Part shown: one piece after another, positions 1 through 13,737 of the stretch | How the letters are laid out: each line of letters opens with the position of its first letter | Position numbering within the stretch: position 1 is the stretch's first letter | From: the human T2T-CHM13v2.0 reference genome, Homo sapiens | Direction: 5' to 3' | NCBI GenBank assembly: GCA_009914755.4 | Contig: CP068257.2 | Location: 20,224,001-20,288,000 of the forward strand | Length of the DNA: 64,000 nucleotides | Position numbers and translations under genes: made by a program | Notes under the pieces: generated by a model | Seen by the model: the letters and a program-made list of their open reading frames with translations, nothing else | Databases searched by the model: none | Told to the model about the DNA's origin: nothing

Positions 1-1059
1 GGATTGAGACAGATTATATTAAAAATAAAAAGCCTGATTACTTATCTTGTGTAATTCATCATTCTTACCTTCATCAGTTATCTCCCCTTCTCCCTGCACA
101 GTAACCAGCGATGCTAACTCCCACCCTCACTCCCAAAAAAGTACATGCTTGACTTACATGACTTATACTATTAGAGAAAATTCAGGTTTTACTGTTCAGG
201 AACATGTAAAAGTCCCCAAATTATACTCTGCAAATGATGATATTATAAAAATATTCAAATTGTATGGGGGAATTTAAAAAGTCCAACTCATATTGCAAGT
301 GCATTTGCCTTATCCATTCAAAACCCCAGTCAAACATAACTAGGAGCTGATATATCAATGCTTCATACAATCCAGGTGAAAAAATTATCTGACTTTTATT
401 TAAAAATGTGCAAAAATAATAAAATTCAGATTTTTGAACACCATACTAGACCGACTGTATCAGCATATTTAGAGGTGGTAACTAAACATTTTAAATTAAA
501 GTAAAACAAAATGAAGACTCTTTTAGTTGGTCTTGGATTTTTAGAAACAATAATAGCTATGTAATAAACTTTTTTAGTATTTCAAAATTTGGGCACCTTT
601 GCATTTTCACCATTACATAAAAATTCATTAGTTTAATATTGTCATGAAGTCTTTTCCAAATACTTCAAAATCTTATTTTAAAACTAAGTAATTTTGCAAT
701 AATTAACACTCTTCAGTCTCATATAGTAAAACTCGTGAGCATAATTATCAGCATCAGCAATTTCTAAAAATTTGTTAAGCTTACTTTTAAGCATCTGATC
801 AATTCAGCATATTCTCTTCAAACATTCCAAGCAAATTGATTTTTACTATTTTTTTAATAAATGGTATTCAAAATTTTAAGATTGTATTTAAATTGTCAGA
901 AATGAGGGCAATAATGCAAACTCTCAAAGGATATAGAATCTCATAAGCACAAATGAATCTATTTTAATGATGGTTAGTTGGTGGAGGCTTCAGATGATTT
1001 CAGTTGTGTTGTTATCTCTGTTGTCTGCATGACCTAATAGCAGAAGAACTTCACTGTGA

Positions 1060-1312
1060 GAGAAGAAAAGAAGGAAGGAAAGAAGGAAGGCAGAGAAAGG
1101 AAGAGAGAAAGAAAGAAAGAGAGAGAGCGAAAAAAGAAGAAAAAAAGAAGCAAAAGAAAGAAAGAGAAAGAAAAAGAAAGAAAGAAAGGAAAGAAAAGGA
1201 AGGAAAGAAAGGAAAGAAAAAGAAAGAAAAAGAGAAAGAAAGAAAAAGAGAAGAGAGAAATAAAGAGAGAAAGGAAGGAAGGGAAAGAAAGAAAAGAAAA
1301 GAAAGAAAACTT
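1060..1312. repeat. Long polypurine (GAAA)n/(GAAAG)n/(GGAA)n microsatellite tract of about 250 bp
   Basis: Uninterrupted A/G-only run readable in the sequence (agaaaagaaggaaggaaagaagg...gaaagaaaac). The lysine/glutamate-rich ORFs at 1004-1321 and 1056-1316 are artefacts of it. Confidence 0.95.
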
Positions 1313-3292
1313 ATGACCTAAGGAACATGCTTTCTGACTGGGAATTGGATTCCACAACTCAACCGCATCATCTGCCTGCTGGTCATCAGAACCCACAGGA
1401 GTTGGGTAAAGAAAATAACTCACCATCCTCGATATAAACCTAAGAATTTATGTGTATTCCTCAGAGATGCACCTGCAGAGTGGGTTGGAACATTTACAAT
1501 TCATAACATGCCATTGTTCATACTGGTAATCAAACCAGTTTAACTGCTGAAGAATAAGATCACCACAATCATTATCAAAGATGCAAATAAACAGAAAATT
1601 AGAATGACAGTAATACTCTGTCAAGAGGTTCCATGGTAATATGATTTGTTGTAATACAGCAATTCCTGTATCACATCTTGTGATGTTTTCATGAACCAGT
1701 TCTAAAAAGAATTTAATATGCAAATATGCCAGCAGAATTGAGAATACAGCACATACCTAGTGTTTAATTTTAAATATGAATGAAGCATAATATCTTCATG
1801 TTTAATTCTGTTATAATTTTGGGGGTTTATATTTCCACATTCAATTTTTATGTTTCTTCTTTTTGTTATTAACATACAGATACGAGAGCAATTTCCTGAA
1901 GAATAACTTTCAAGGCTTCTCCCTTGACAAAGATAAAGTTGTTATTACAGGGCATGACTAAAGTAATCTCCTCTCTGTTGATTCACTAGCACACAATGTG
2001 ATTTTCTCTTAAAATTTTTATCAAGATTATTTATGCACAATACGGGCTTAACAACCCATAGTGATAAGTGAAAATACAAAAGTGCATTTTACCATGAACA
2101 TATAAAGGTGTTAAACTTATTTCAAGGTACATCAATAATTTATTTAAGGCAATCTTCATAAAGTTAGGACACTAGTTTTGTTTTTATTGTTCTGCAAAAC
2201 TGCTTGTCTAAAACTCATTTTTAAAAGATAATGTAGGAGTTTTAATGGAAACATACAAGTGGATTATTTAATTTATTTTTAATTAGTGTACTTACTATTC
2301 TCATGTCTTATGATGTAGATTAATCTTTCTCTTTATATATACCTGATACATGTTTCCTGAGTAAACTTACAGAGATTATTTACGCTCTGGTGTATGTTGC
2401 CACACACGGGTGTAGGAAAATATTCTTGATCACTCTATTATTTTGTTAATGATTATAATATAAATGGTCATTAACTTTGGTACCGAACACTAGGTTAATG
2501 ATGTTCAGATATTCCTTTTATAGTTCCAGTTCAAAGTCTAGTTTATAAGAAAAGAGTTTTAACATAAACAAGGTCATTGAAGTCAGTGCTTCTTGGTGAT
2601 GAAATTGAGATTAAATCATGCTATTTACACATCAAAAGCCTGATTAACATAAAATGCCTGTAACAATTACACAGCCCAGGCACACAGATCAACTCATGAA
2701 TCAACATAAACTACTTTTATCAGAACCACTAACATTTTAGGAGTTGTGAATTTATCACTGATTTACTTTTTTAAGAAATTTCAAGTATGACAGTCAAAAA
2801 CCCTTAAATTTCTAATTTACAAGGCAGTTGAACATAGTCACTAGAAATTAAGAGCAAATGCATCAAACTTCTCTGTCTACCACAAATACATTCTTCTTCC
2901 TTTTATATATGTACTCTTTAGGGTCACCAGTGGAGTCTTCTCAATTCCCAGTCCCCTTCCGTGAAATCAAAACCTTCCTTCCTATTCGGAGTATCAGTGA
3001 CAATTTTATCTCTATCCTCTATTTAACCTCTCTCACATTGTAGCTAGTGCAGACCTGTTTTTTTTCCTAAGCTATAGTAAAGTTGTTTGTACTTTCACTT
3101 TGCCACAGAATTTACACTTGCACTGTTATTACCAACTACTCTAAAAATAGAATTGAGAACCTGCTATGAGTCAGAGGTTTTAGGTCATTTCCCATCCTCT
3201 AACGGTGTCCTGTTTTAGCCTAGGAATGGGAAAATGGAATAGTGGATATTATCAGCTTCTAATCTCTAACTTAGATATTCTCACCTCTCAAA

Positions 3293-3308
3293 ACACACAC
3301 ACACACAC
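3293..3308. repeat. Short (CA)n dinucleotide repeat
   Basis: cacacacacacacac run. Confidence 0.8.
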
Positions 3309-3859
3309 TTACAATTGGTCCCATTTCTCCATGGTTGGGTCCAAGGAAGTAACATTAGAGAAATTCCTCATGACCACACGGGAGGCATATGTGGGATCTG
3401 TCATTGGCCTGGTGGGTGATTAGAGCTGTTTCTTTCTCTCACATACACTTTTATGGCTTTCACAGATGTCCCATCCCCTGAACGTTCAACAGATAGCCTC
3501 TTGGTAAGAAAGCTGTTTTTGTTTTTTCGGGGTAAACGGTTTACAATCTCTTTCTATAAATATTCTTTCTAATACAGTCAGCTTGCACAGCAAACTCATA
3601 GAGCTCTCCCCTACTCCCAAACAACCTCCCCTCACCTCTTAATTCTTACTAACTTTTGCTGAGGTGATGGGATAAGGGTACTAGCGCTGGTTTGTAGCAT
3701 GTATTTGCAAGTCCTGTATCAGTTCATTCCTTAGGCAACACTGGGCATTTGTTCACTGCCAGGAAGTATTCTGACCACTGAAAATGAACAAAAGAAAAAA
3801 ATCTGCCATCATTGGGCTTAAAAACTTTTTTAAAAGACTCAAATATATAATGATTTACA

Positions 3860-4730
3860 TGATGCTAATTGCTAAGGAAGAAAAATAAGTAGAAAAGGCA
3901 ATATGAAGTATGTATGTGTTGGTGGATGGAGTTGAACTTTTAAACAGCATTTCCAGAGCAAGTCTCCCTGAGAGAGTGAATTTGACTGGAGATCTAAAGA
4001 GGAGAGAGGGGATAATATTTCCAGAAAAAGTGATCAACCTGTTCAAAGGGCCATGAAGCAAGAGCACACCTAGATGTCTAAGAAGCATGCAGAATCCACA
4101 GCCAAGAGAGTAGAATGAAATGGGTTAAGGCGGCAAAGAGAGGTAAAGTGGGGAGGACCAAGAAGTGCCATGTGCCACTCATAGGACTTGTGGGTTCTAA
4201 GCACTCTTGGATTTTTACCCTAAGGAGATAAGAGGCCACCGGAGGGTTTTGAGCAAGGGATGGGAATAAACTTGTTTGTTATGCCTTATTTTGGTCACTA
4301 TGATTGCTGTGCTAAAACTACTGTGAAAAGGGCAAGGGCAGGAATATGGAAATCAGTTACTAGATTCTTGCAATTACCTGGCAAGAGGTAATGTGACTTG
4401 TACCAGGATGGTGGCAATGCAGTTGTTGAGAAGTCAAGTTTGGTATGTATCTAGAAAGTAAAGTCAATCTTATTCACTGGAAACTAGATGTGGGTGAGAA
4501 AGAGAAGAGTCAAGGAAACCAAGTTTTGTGGCTTTAGCAAATAGAATAAGGGGGCAAAATCTCAGGAGCTGAGATGTGAAGATTGCGGGAGCAGGCTTAA
4601 GAGTAGGAGGGGTGGGATCATATGAATTTTTAGATGTGGATTATGGTTGTATCTACAGGTGTCAGGTAAGATGTTAAATACATGAACCTGGAAGTCAGTA
4701 GATAAGTCATCACCTCAATTTTTTTCCACC
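3860..4730. mobile_element. Possible ancient mammalian-wide LINE fragment (L2 3'-end-like); orientation undetermined
   Basis: Diverged stretch with motifs reminiscent of the L2 3' region (ggagttgaacttttaaacagcatttccagagcaag..., ggatgggaataaacttg..., ggtggcaatgcagttgttgagaag...). Recognised only by loose recall. Confidence 0.25.
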
Positions 4731-5632
4731 AAATGTTTGATTTCCAACATATGGATTGCAACAAAAATAGAGAACAGTCATTGTACATATTCTAATCTAA
4801 TGCCTTGTACCATGTACATTGTCTCATTTGATTGTAAACTAAAAGAATTCCACGGCTATTATTTCCCCAATGTAACAAGTTAGGAGAAGGAGACTAAAAT
4901 TTTATAGTTATTTTGTCATTTTAGATAATAGATAAAATCACTTACTGTATGTTTCTGAGAACATTAATGGTTAAAAATCAAGGTTCTAGTTAGAGCAACT
5001 CATGCCATTTTGAAGATCAAAAAGTCTTTTAAAGAACACAACTTATGTTCTAGCTTTTCTCTTAAATGAGATATCTTTTCTTTGTCTGGGCCCCAAGTGC
5101 CTCTACATTTCTAAGATGTATGATATACATTTGTCTGTGTTTCCAGATTTCCCAGACTTCATGACACCCTGTTCACACAAATACAAAAGCTCAAAGTCAG
5201 ACAACTCTTATCTTGATTCCTCAAAATCATCTACAAAGAACTTCTTCAGAGGAGGGTGTTTTGGCTTCTCCAGAGTGCTTAGGAGCTTCTAGATTTTGGA
5301 AGACGCTCTGACCCACTCATTCATGGAACAACTTTCATGGGAAGGGCAGAGGAGCACAGAGGCCAAGACACACCCTACCCTCTGGAGAAGTGGACACAGG
5401 TTTGAGGTCTGAGGACAAGTAGCATGACCACATCAGAATTTACAAACACAGCGATGTGCCAGCCCCATCAATCATTTTAGACTTAATTTATTTAACAAGT
5501 ACTTATTGAATGCCTTCCAGGAAATAAGACTTGTGCTAAGCTAGCAGTTTTTGAAATGGTCCAGGGACCCCAGGAGTGTCTAAGATGCTTTCAGGGGGTT
5601 CATGAGATTAAGACTATTCCATGGTAATATTA

Positions 5633-5963
<331 letters not shown>

Positions 5964-7376
5964 CTAAGAAATTTCACTTTCATATGAACCATGACACTGA
6001 TTTAACAACTTCTCCCAAATGACACGGATCTTTTAATTATTTTTTTTCCTTGGGAGTTATATTTTTAAATTTATTTTGTATACTATAAGACATATATTCA
6101 ATAAAATCTTCCCTACTTTAAATTGTATATTAATAATTAATAAGCTTTGGATTCCAAAAAACAACCTTCAAAGTATAATAGATTATATATATACCACGTG
6201 CTTCCTGATGTTAAGTGAAGGAAATGCTTATTCTGCAGCTGGGCTTTGTGGGGCTGGCTTGGACCAAAGTTTTCGTGTCTCCCTCTTTCCAGGAACCAGG
6301 ATGAAGGAGCGGCTACTATATTGAGCAAAGTACTGTCCTAGTTGAGGGCAGAAGCTGGAAGGGGAGAAGGATGAGGAAAGGATCCTAACTATACAGTGCA
6401 CTTAAAGTTCCAATTTGAATGTGGTTTATGATGTGTCTGTTTACATTCAGTTGAGAGAATAAAATCCAATTCATATTTATCTCTTGGTCTAAAATGCAAA
6501 TGAATAAGTTAAAAAGCAATTATATTTCAGTCACACATATTCCATTTATACTGAATGAGTCAGCTGAGGTTTACATCCATTCTATATTCTTCAGCAGTTG
6601 CTTTAGTCATTTTTATGGTATGACCCTGTATTTATGTCCCGCCAGATAGCGCTTTTTCTAGATGTGATGATCCTTGGCACGTTGTCAGCTGAGGAATACT
6701 GTCATGTATTCGTGGTTGCCAAGAGGTTTTTTCACAAACAGAAAGGGCCACAGAATCCAAAAAAGCAAATAAGCTATTGAAGTTTATAACATAAAGTAAG
6801 TTAAACAAATTGGATATGAACTTCTCACAGAAGAAATCTCTTGATTTTTTATATAGATGTGTACAATAGTTTCTCACCCTTCTGAGAGAGATTCTAAAAC
6901 TTTTCATCTCTGAGATAAAGAAAAAAAACAAATCATGCCAGGGAATGAAACCATGCTTTTAAAGTCAGCATGATTACATTTTTTTAAGGTACTACTGTGA
7001 GGGGGAAAAGTCATTGGAACAAGAAGCAGAACTTGATTTTTTGGATGTGCAGGAAGGGAATTCTTTCTGTTTCAAAGTTAAATCAGGAAAGATAAGCTGA
7101 GAATACTTTGCTTTGCTCTATAATTTAGGTATAACCAGATTTACTCAAAAATTAGGCGGGGATATTTTTTGAGGGAGTAAAGAAAATTGTACTTGGTGAT
7201 TAATTAATATAATCCAATTGTATATTACTTCATTTCAAAATTATTTAAGAAGCATGTTATACCATCAAAGTCTCCATCCAAAATACATTTAACCAGTGGT
7301 TACTCAGCCTCCCCAACCCTAAGTTCACTTTAAAGTAGGTTTTATCTGAGATCCAGGACACATATTCTGGATATGT

Positions 7377-7498
7377 GTATCTGTATGTACACATACACAT
7401 GCATACATTAATGTATGTGCATATTCAAAGATGCTTACATACATGTCATACACATGTGACATACATATGCATATATGTCATATATACTTACATGCATG
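7377..7498. repeat. Degenerate (TG/CA/TA)-rich low-complexity tract
   Basis: gtatctgtatgtacacatacacatgcatacattaatgtatgtgcatat...catatgcatatatgtcatatatac. Confidence 0.7.
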
Positions 7499-7972
7499 AA
7501 ACAAACATTTCATGAAACTGTAATTACTATGTTTTACTCTGTTATTTCTGTTCTGTTTAATTTTTTAAAATTACATAGTAAATATATTTTATGACTCACC
7601 AATTCGCAAAGCACTGTTTTAAACCGTTTGTTTCACCTTTTGGTTATAAATAAAGACACACACAAAAACTGCTTTAGAGAGAATACAAATGTATTAATTA
7701 ATATTTGATATCTCAGGAAGGGCCAGAGAATCAGTTTTGGAGTTTACACAACCAGAGCTTACACTCAAACCATACGATGGAACAACTGTTCATAGGACCC
7801 TTCATGGCTGTTGCTGGGCACAACCGCTGTTTGTGTCACAGACACTGGACACTGTAAGCTGCCTTTGAAAGATCTGGCTCTGCTGACACTGAAGACACAT
7901 AGGAGGGCACCATTTCTTGATATCTCAAGTTTATGAATAAAGGCTCGAGCAATATTTCTGATCGTTGGGGCT

Positions 7973-8359
7973 TGTATTAGCTTCAGCTGCCAAAACAACA
8001 TACTACACACTGAGCAACTTATACAACAGATATTTAATTTTTCACAGTTTTAGGAGGTGGAAGTAAAAAATTCAGGTGCCTGCAAGGCTAGTCTGATGAG
8101 ATCTCTCTTCCAGGCGTGCAGGCGGCCACCTTCTCTCTGTGTCCTCACATGGCCTTTCTTCTACGAGTATGCTGAGTAAGGAAGAGAGCTCTGGTGACTC
8201 TTCTTACAAAGACACTAGTCCTATGGAGTGAAGGCCCAACCTTCATGACCTTATTTAACCTTAATTATCTCCTTAAGGGGCATACATCCAAATACAGTCA
8301 TATTGGCAGTTAGGGCTTCGGCATATGAATCTTAGAGGGACACAATTCAGTCTATAACA
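7973..8359 (-). mobile_element. ERVL-MaLR solo LTR (MLT1/MST-like), antisense on + strand
   Basis: Reads as the reverse complement of a MaLR LTR. It starts tgtattagcttcagctgccaaaacaacatactacacactgagcaacttat...ttcacagttttaggaggtggaag. It continues ...gccaccttctctctgtgtcctcacatgg...cttcttacaaagacac...accttaattatctcc...caaatacagtcatattgg...ttagggcttcggcatatgaatcttagagggacacaattcagtctataaca. Confidence 0.65.
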
Positions 8360-10165
8360 AGGCTCATGTCACATGTCTGAATATTGCCTGATGCAAGCCT
8401 CAGAAGATGATTTTCTGGTGAGTTTCTACCTGGGTGAGGCACATACTATCAATATGGTCAATTTCACAAACATAGGAAACATATATAAACCTTTTGGACC
8501 ACCAAAAAGTGTGATAAATGTCATCTGCACTGTAAAACAAGGAAAATCTGCCCCATATTTATAAATCTTCACAGTAAAAGATTTTCCAATTTGGAAATCT
8601 ACAACAATAAGAAAACCACAAATTAATTGAAAAATATAATATAGCACACATTATCGATTTGACTAAAAGATTTAATCCTGTGTACACTGTTACATATTTT
8701 TCATAGATATTTTCAATAATTCATTCTAGTTAATGCTTTATTTAAAACAATGGGAGACAGTCTAATTTGACGTATGATAAAGAATATATTCTCCTGATGA
8801 CATGTATTATGTCACCCTAAATTACTTAAGACATCTGCCAAATCAATAATAATTCAGTTAATCTGGCAAACACATAACAAATAAAAACAATTATACACTT
8901 GAAAATTATGTTGACTCCTTTTCCTTTTTATAAATAACAAATTAAATTCTCTGTTAAGACATTTGTTTAACACTGATAGTCTTAATGCAAGTTACTTTTA
9001 CAGATAACATGGTAATATTTTCAAAAAATTGGAAAATGGTGTCGTAAATTACACATTATTATTATAGAGCCTCAACATCACTTGGTGATTTATAAAATTG
9101 ACCTTGTCAATATTCATAAAAGTGGTGTAAATTATGTCTGATAAAAACATAACAATCCACATAAGCCTGATGTTTAGCTTCTCATATGCATGACATAGGC
9201 TTGATTAGGAGAGCAATTTTGTCACTTTTTTTTAAATTAATTTTTATGGGTACATAGTAGATGTATATGCTTATGGGATATATGAGATATTATGATATAG
9301 GCATACAATGTGTAATAATCACATCAGTGTAAGTGGAGTGTCCATCACCTCAAGCATGTATCATTTCTTTGTACTACAAATGTTCTAATTATACACTTTT
9401 ATTTTTAAATGTACAATAAATTATTTCTGACTACAGTCATCCTGTTGTGCTATCAAATACTGGATCTTGTTAATTCTATCAACTATACTTTTGTACCCAT
9501 TAACCATCCCCATTCCTCACTCCCCTCTACCCCTCCCAGCCTCTGGTAACTATCATTCTACTTTCTACCTCCACGAATTCAATTGTTTTAATTTTAACAC
9601 CCACAGATGAGTGAGAACATGTGAAGTTTGTCTTTCTGTCCCTGGCTTATTTCACTTAAATCATGTCCTCCATTTCCATCCATGTTGTTGGAAATGACAG
9701 GATTGCATTCTGTTTTACGACTGAATACTATTTCATTGTATATATGTTCCACGTTTTCTTTGTACATTTGTCTGTTGATGGACACAGGTTGATTCCAAAT
9801 CTTGGCTATTGTGAATAGTGCTGCAATAAACACGGGAGAGCAGTTATCTTTTCAATACACTGATTTCTTTTCTTTTGGGTGTATGCCTAGCGGTGGGACT
9901 TCCGGGTTACAAAATAGTGCTATTTTTATTTTTCTGAGGAACCTCCATACTCTTCTCCATGCAGATATACTAATTTACGTTCCCACCAAGTTTATGAGAG
10001 TTCTCATTTCTTCATATTCTCACCAGCATTTGTTATTGCTAGTCTTCTGGATAAAAGCCATTTTAACTGGAGTGCAGTATATGTCATTGTAGTTTTGATT
10101 TGCATTTATCTGATAAGCAATGATTTTGAGCACCAACTCATGTACTTGTTTGCCATTTGTATGTC

Positions 10166-10467
10166 TTTTTTTTTTTTTGAGACGGAGCCACACTCTGTCG
10201 CCTAGGCTGGAGTGCAGCGAACATCATCTGTCTTGGCTCACTACAACCTCCGTCTCCCAGGTTCAAGGGATTCTCCTGCCTCAGCCTCCCCAGTAGCTGG
10301 GATTATAGGCACACGCCACCATGTCCAGCTAATTTTTTGTACTTTTTAGTAGAGACAAGATTTCACCAGGTTGGCCAGGCTGTTCTCGAACTCTTGACCT
10401 CAGGTAATCCACCAGCCTCTGCCTCCCAAAGTGCTGGGATTACAGGTGTGAGCCACCGTGCCCGGCC
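10166..10467 (-). mobile_element. Alu SINE inserted inside L1 (minus strand), with target-site duplication
   Basis: tttttttttttttgagacggagccacactctgtcgcctaggctggagtgcag...cctcccaaagtgctgggattacaggtgtgagccaccgtgcccggcc. The flanks gtatgtcttt / agtatgccttctttt give an imperfect 12-14 bp TSD that restores the L1 sequence ccatttgtatgtcttcttttgag. Confidence 0.95.
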
Positions 10468-12033
10468 AGTATGCCTTCTTTTGAGAAATGTCAATTCAGA
10501 ACTTTTGCACATTTTAAATCAGATTATTAGATTTGTTTTTCCTATAGAGTTTTTGAGCTCCTTACATATTATGGTTATTAATCCCTTGTCAAATGGATAG
10601 TTGGCAAATATCTTCTCCCATTCTGTGTGCTGTCTCTTCACTTTGTTGTTTGTTTCCTTTGCTGTGCAGAAACTTTTTAACTTGATGTTATTCCATTTGT
10701 TCATTTTTGCTTTGTTTTCCTGTGCTGTTGGAGTAATACTCAATAAATCTTTGCCGAGACTAATGTCCTCGAGGGTTTACCTAGTGTTTTATTTTAATAG
10801 TTTCATAGTTTGAGGGCTTAGATTTAAATCTTTGATCTGGATTTAGTTTTTGCATATGGTGAGAGATAGGGTCTAGTTTCATTCTTCTGCATATGGATAT
10901 TCAGTTTTTCCAGCGCCATTTATTGAAGAGACTGTTCTTTACACAAACTATATTCTTGACAGCTTCATAAGAAACAAGTTCACTGTAGATGTATGGATTT
11001 AGTTCTGAGTTTTCTATTTTTTTCTGTTGGTCTATGTGTCTGTTTTTATGCCACTACTACACTGTTTACTTACAATAGGTCTACAGCATAATATGAAACC
11101 AGGTAATGTGATTCCTCCTGTCTTGTTCTTTTTGCTGAGGATGGCTTTTGCTATTTTGGGTCTTTTTTGGGTCTTAAAATTTCCACGTAAATTTTAAGAT
11201 TTTTTTTTTTAATTTTTGTGAGAATGTCATTGGTATTTTGATAAGGATTGCATTAAATCTGTAGCTTGCTTTGGGTAGTATGGACATTTTAGCAATAATT
11301 CATTCTTCTAATCCATGAAAATGAAATATCTTTTATTTTTTTGTGTGTCCTCTTCAACTTTTTGTATCAATGTTTTATAGCTCTTATTGCAGAGATCTTG
11401 TACTTCTTTGGTTAATTCCTAGGTATTTTATTTTATCTGCAGTGTTTGTAAATGAGATTACTTTCTTGATTACTTTTCAGAATGTTCGCTATTGGCATAT
11501 AGAGATGCTACTGATTTTTGTATGTTGATTGTTTGTCCTAAAACCATAAACCTAAAACCTAAAACCACCTCTAAGGTAAAATACTTGTGTTAAAAAAAAA
11601 AAGGAAAGCGGGGTACAGTGTACATCACACACAAGGCCCAGCAATCTCTTGCACGTAACATTTACTACTTTGACCACGTCAACCTTATCTATCAAAGTAG
11701 CCATCCATTAATTCCTTCCCACACTCCCTTTTTCTTTTCCAGTTCTAACTTCTTATTGAAATAAGTATAATTTCACATGCCAATAAACATGAATATGTTT
11801 ATCAGTTCTAATAGATTTTTTTTTGTGGAATCTTTAGGTTTTTCTAATATAGAATCATATAATCTTCAAACAAGGACAGTTTTACTTCTTCCTTCCCAAT
11901 TTGGATGCCTTTTATTTTTTTCTTTTGGCTGATTGCTGTAGCTAGGACTTCCATTGCTATTTTGAAAAATCGTGGTGAACGTGGGCATCCTTGTCATATT
12001 CCGGATATTAGAGCAAAGGCTTTCTGTTTTCCC

Positions 12034-12222
12034 TCATTCAGTATGATATGAGCTGTGTCTGTTGTACATGGCCTTTATATTGTTGAGGTATGTTCCTTCT
12101 ATACCCAGGTTTTTGAAGGTTTTTATGATAAAAGGATACTGAATAATATCAAATGCTTTTTTAGTGTCAGTTGAAATAATCATATGGTTATTTTCCTTCA
12201 TTCTGTTGATACACTGTATCAC
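12034..12222 (-). pseudogene. L1 ORF2 reverse-transcriptase remnant (within the full-length L1)
   Basis: Minus-strand [56 protein letters not shown] matches the conserved L1 RT motif ([50 protein letters not shown]). The ORF is flanked by stops and frameshifts. Confidence 0.85.
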
Positions 12223-13349
12223 ATTGATTTATTTGTGGATATGGAATCATCCTTGCATCCCTAGGATGAATTCCACTTAGTCATAATGACTAGTCTTTTT
12301 ACTGTGTTGTTGAATTCAGTTTGCTAGTATTTTGTGGAGGATTTTTGCGTCAGTGTTCATGAGGAATATTGGCCTTTAGTTTTTTTGTTGTTGTTTTGGG
12401 GTTTTTTTTTTTTTTTTTTTTGATATGTCTTTGTTTGGTTTTGGTATCAGAATAATACTGGCCTCATAGCTTGATTTTGGAAGTACTCCCTCCTCCTTTA
12501 TTTTTCAAAATAGTTTGAGTAGGGTTGGTATTAGTTTTCATTTAAATGTTTGCTAAAATTCAGCAGTGAAGCCATCAGGTCCTGGGCTTTTTTTATCAAA
12601 AAACTTTTTATTATGGCTTCAATCTCTTTAGTTTTTTTGGTCTGTTCAGGTTTTGGATTTCTTCATGATTCAATCTTATCCATGTCTAGGAATTTATCCA
12701 TTTCTTCTAGATTTTCCAATTTATTGGCATATAGTGCCTCCTAGTACTCCAAAGATTCTTTGAATTTCTGTAGTATCGACTGTAATGTCTCCTTTTTCAT
12801 GTATGATTTTATTTATTTGGATCTTCTTTCTGATTTTTAATTTGGCTAAAGGTTTGTCAACATAGTTTATCTTTTCAAAAAGCCAAATTTTCATTTCATT
12901 TATCTTGTGTATATTTTATTTCAATTTCTTTATTACTGTTCTGTTCTTCATTATTTCTTTTCTTTTACTAACTCTGTCTTGAAATGTATTTGTCTGACAT
13001 AAATATACAGCTACTCCTGCTCTTGTTTGGTTTCTATTTGCATGGAATATCCTTTTCCTTCCCTTTATTTTCAGTCTGTGTGTGTCTGTATAGGCAAAAT
13101 GTGTTTTTTGTAGGCAACAAAAAATAGCAAGATTTGGATCTTGCTATTTTATCCATTAAGCTACTCTATATCTTCAGATTGGCGAGTTTAGTCCATTTAC
13201 ATTTAATGTTATTATTAATAACTAATAACTCACTACTGCCATTTTGTTATTTGTTTTCTGGTTGTTTTGTGGTGTTCTGTTCCTTCCTTTTTTCCTTCCT
13301 GTATTCCTATCAGTAAACATGATTTTCTTTGGGGTATGTTTCAATTTTT

Positions 13350-13737
<388 letters not shown>

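Noticed and set aside
1004-1321. 105-aa lysine/glutamate/arginine-rich ORF (and overlapping 86-aa ORF) that might suggest a charged or nuclear protein
   Set aside because: It is a pure translation of the (GAAA)n/(GGAA)n microsatellite, with no start context and no flanking exon signals.
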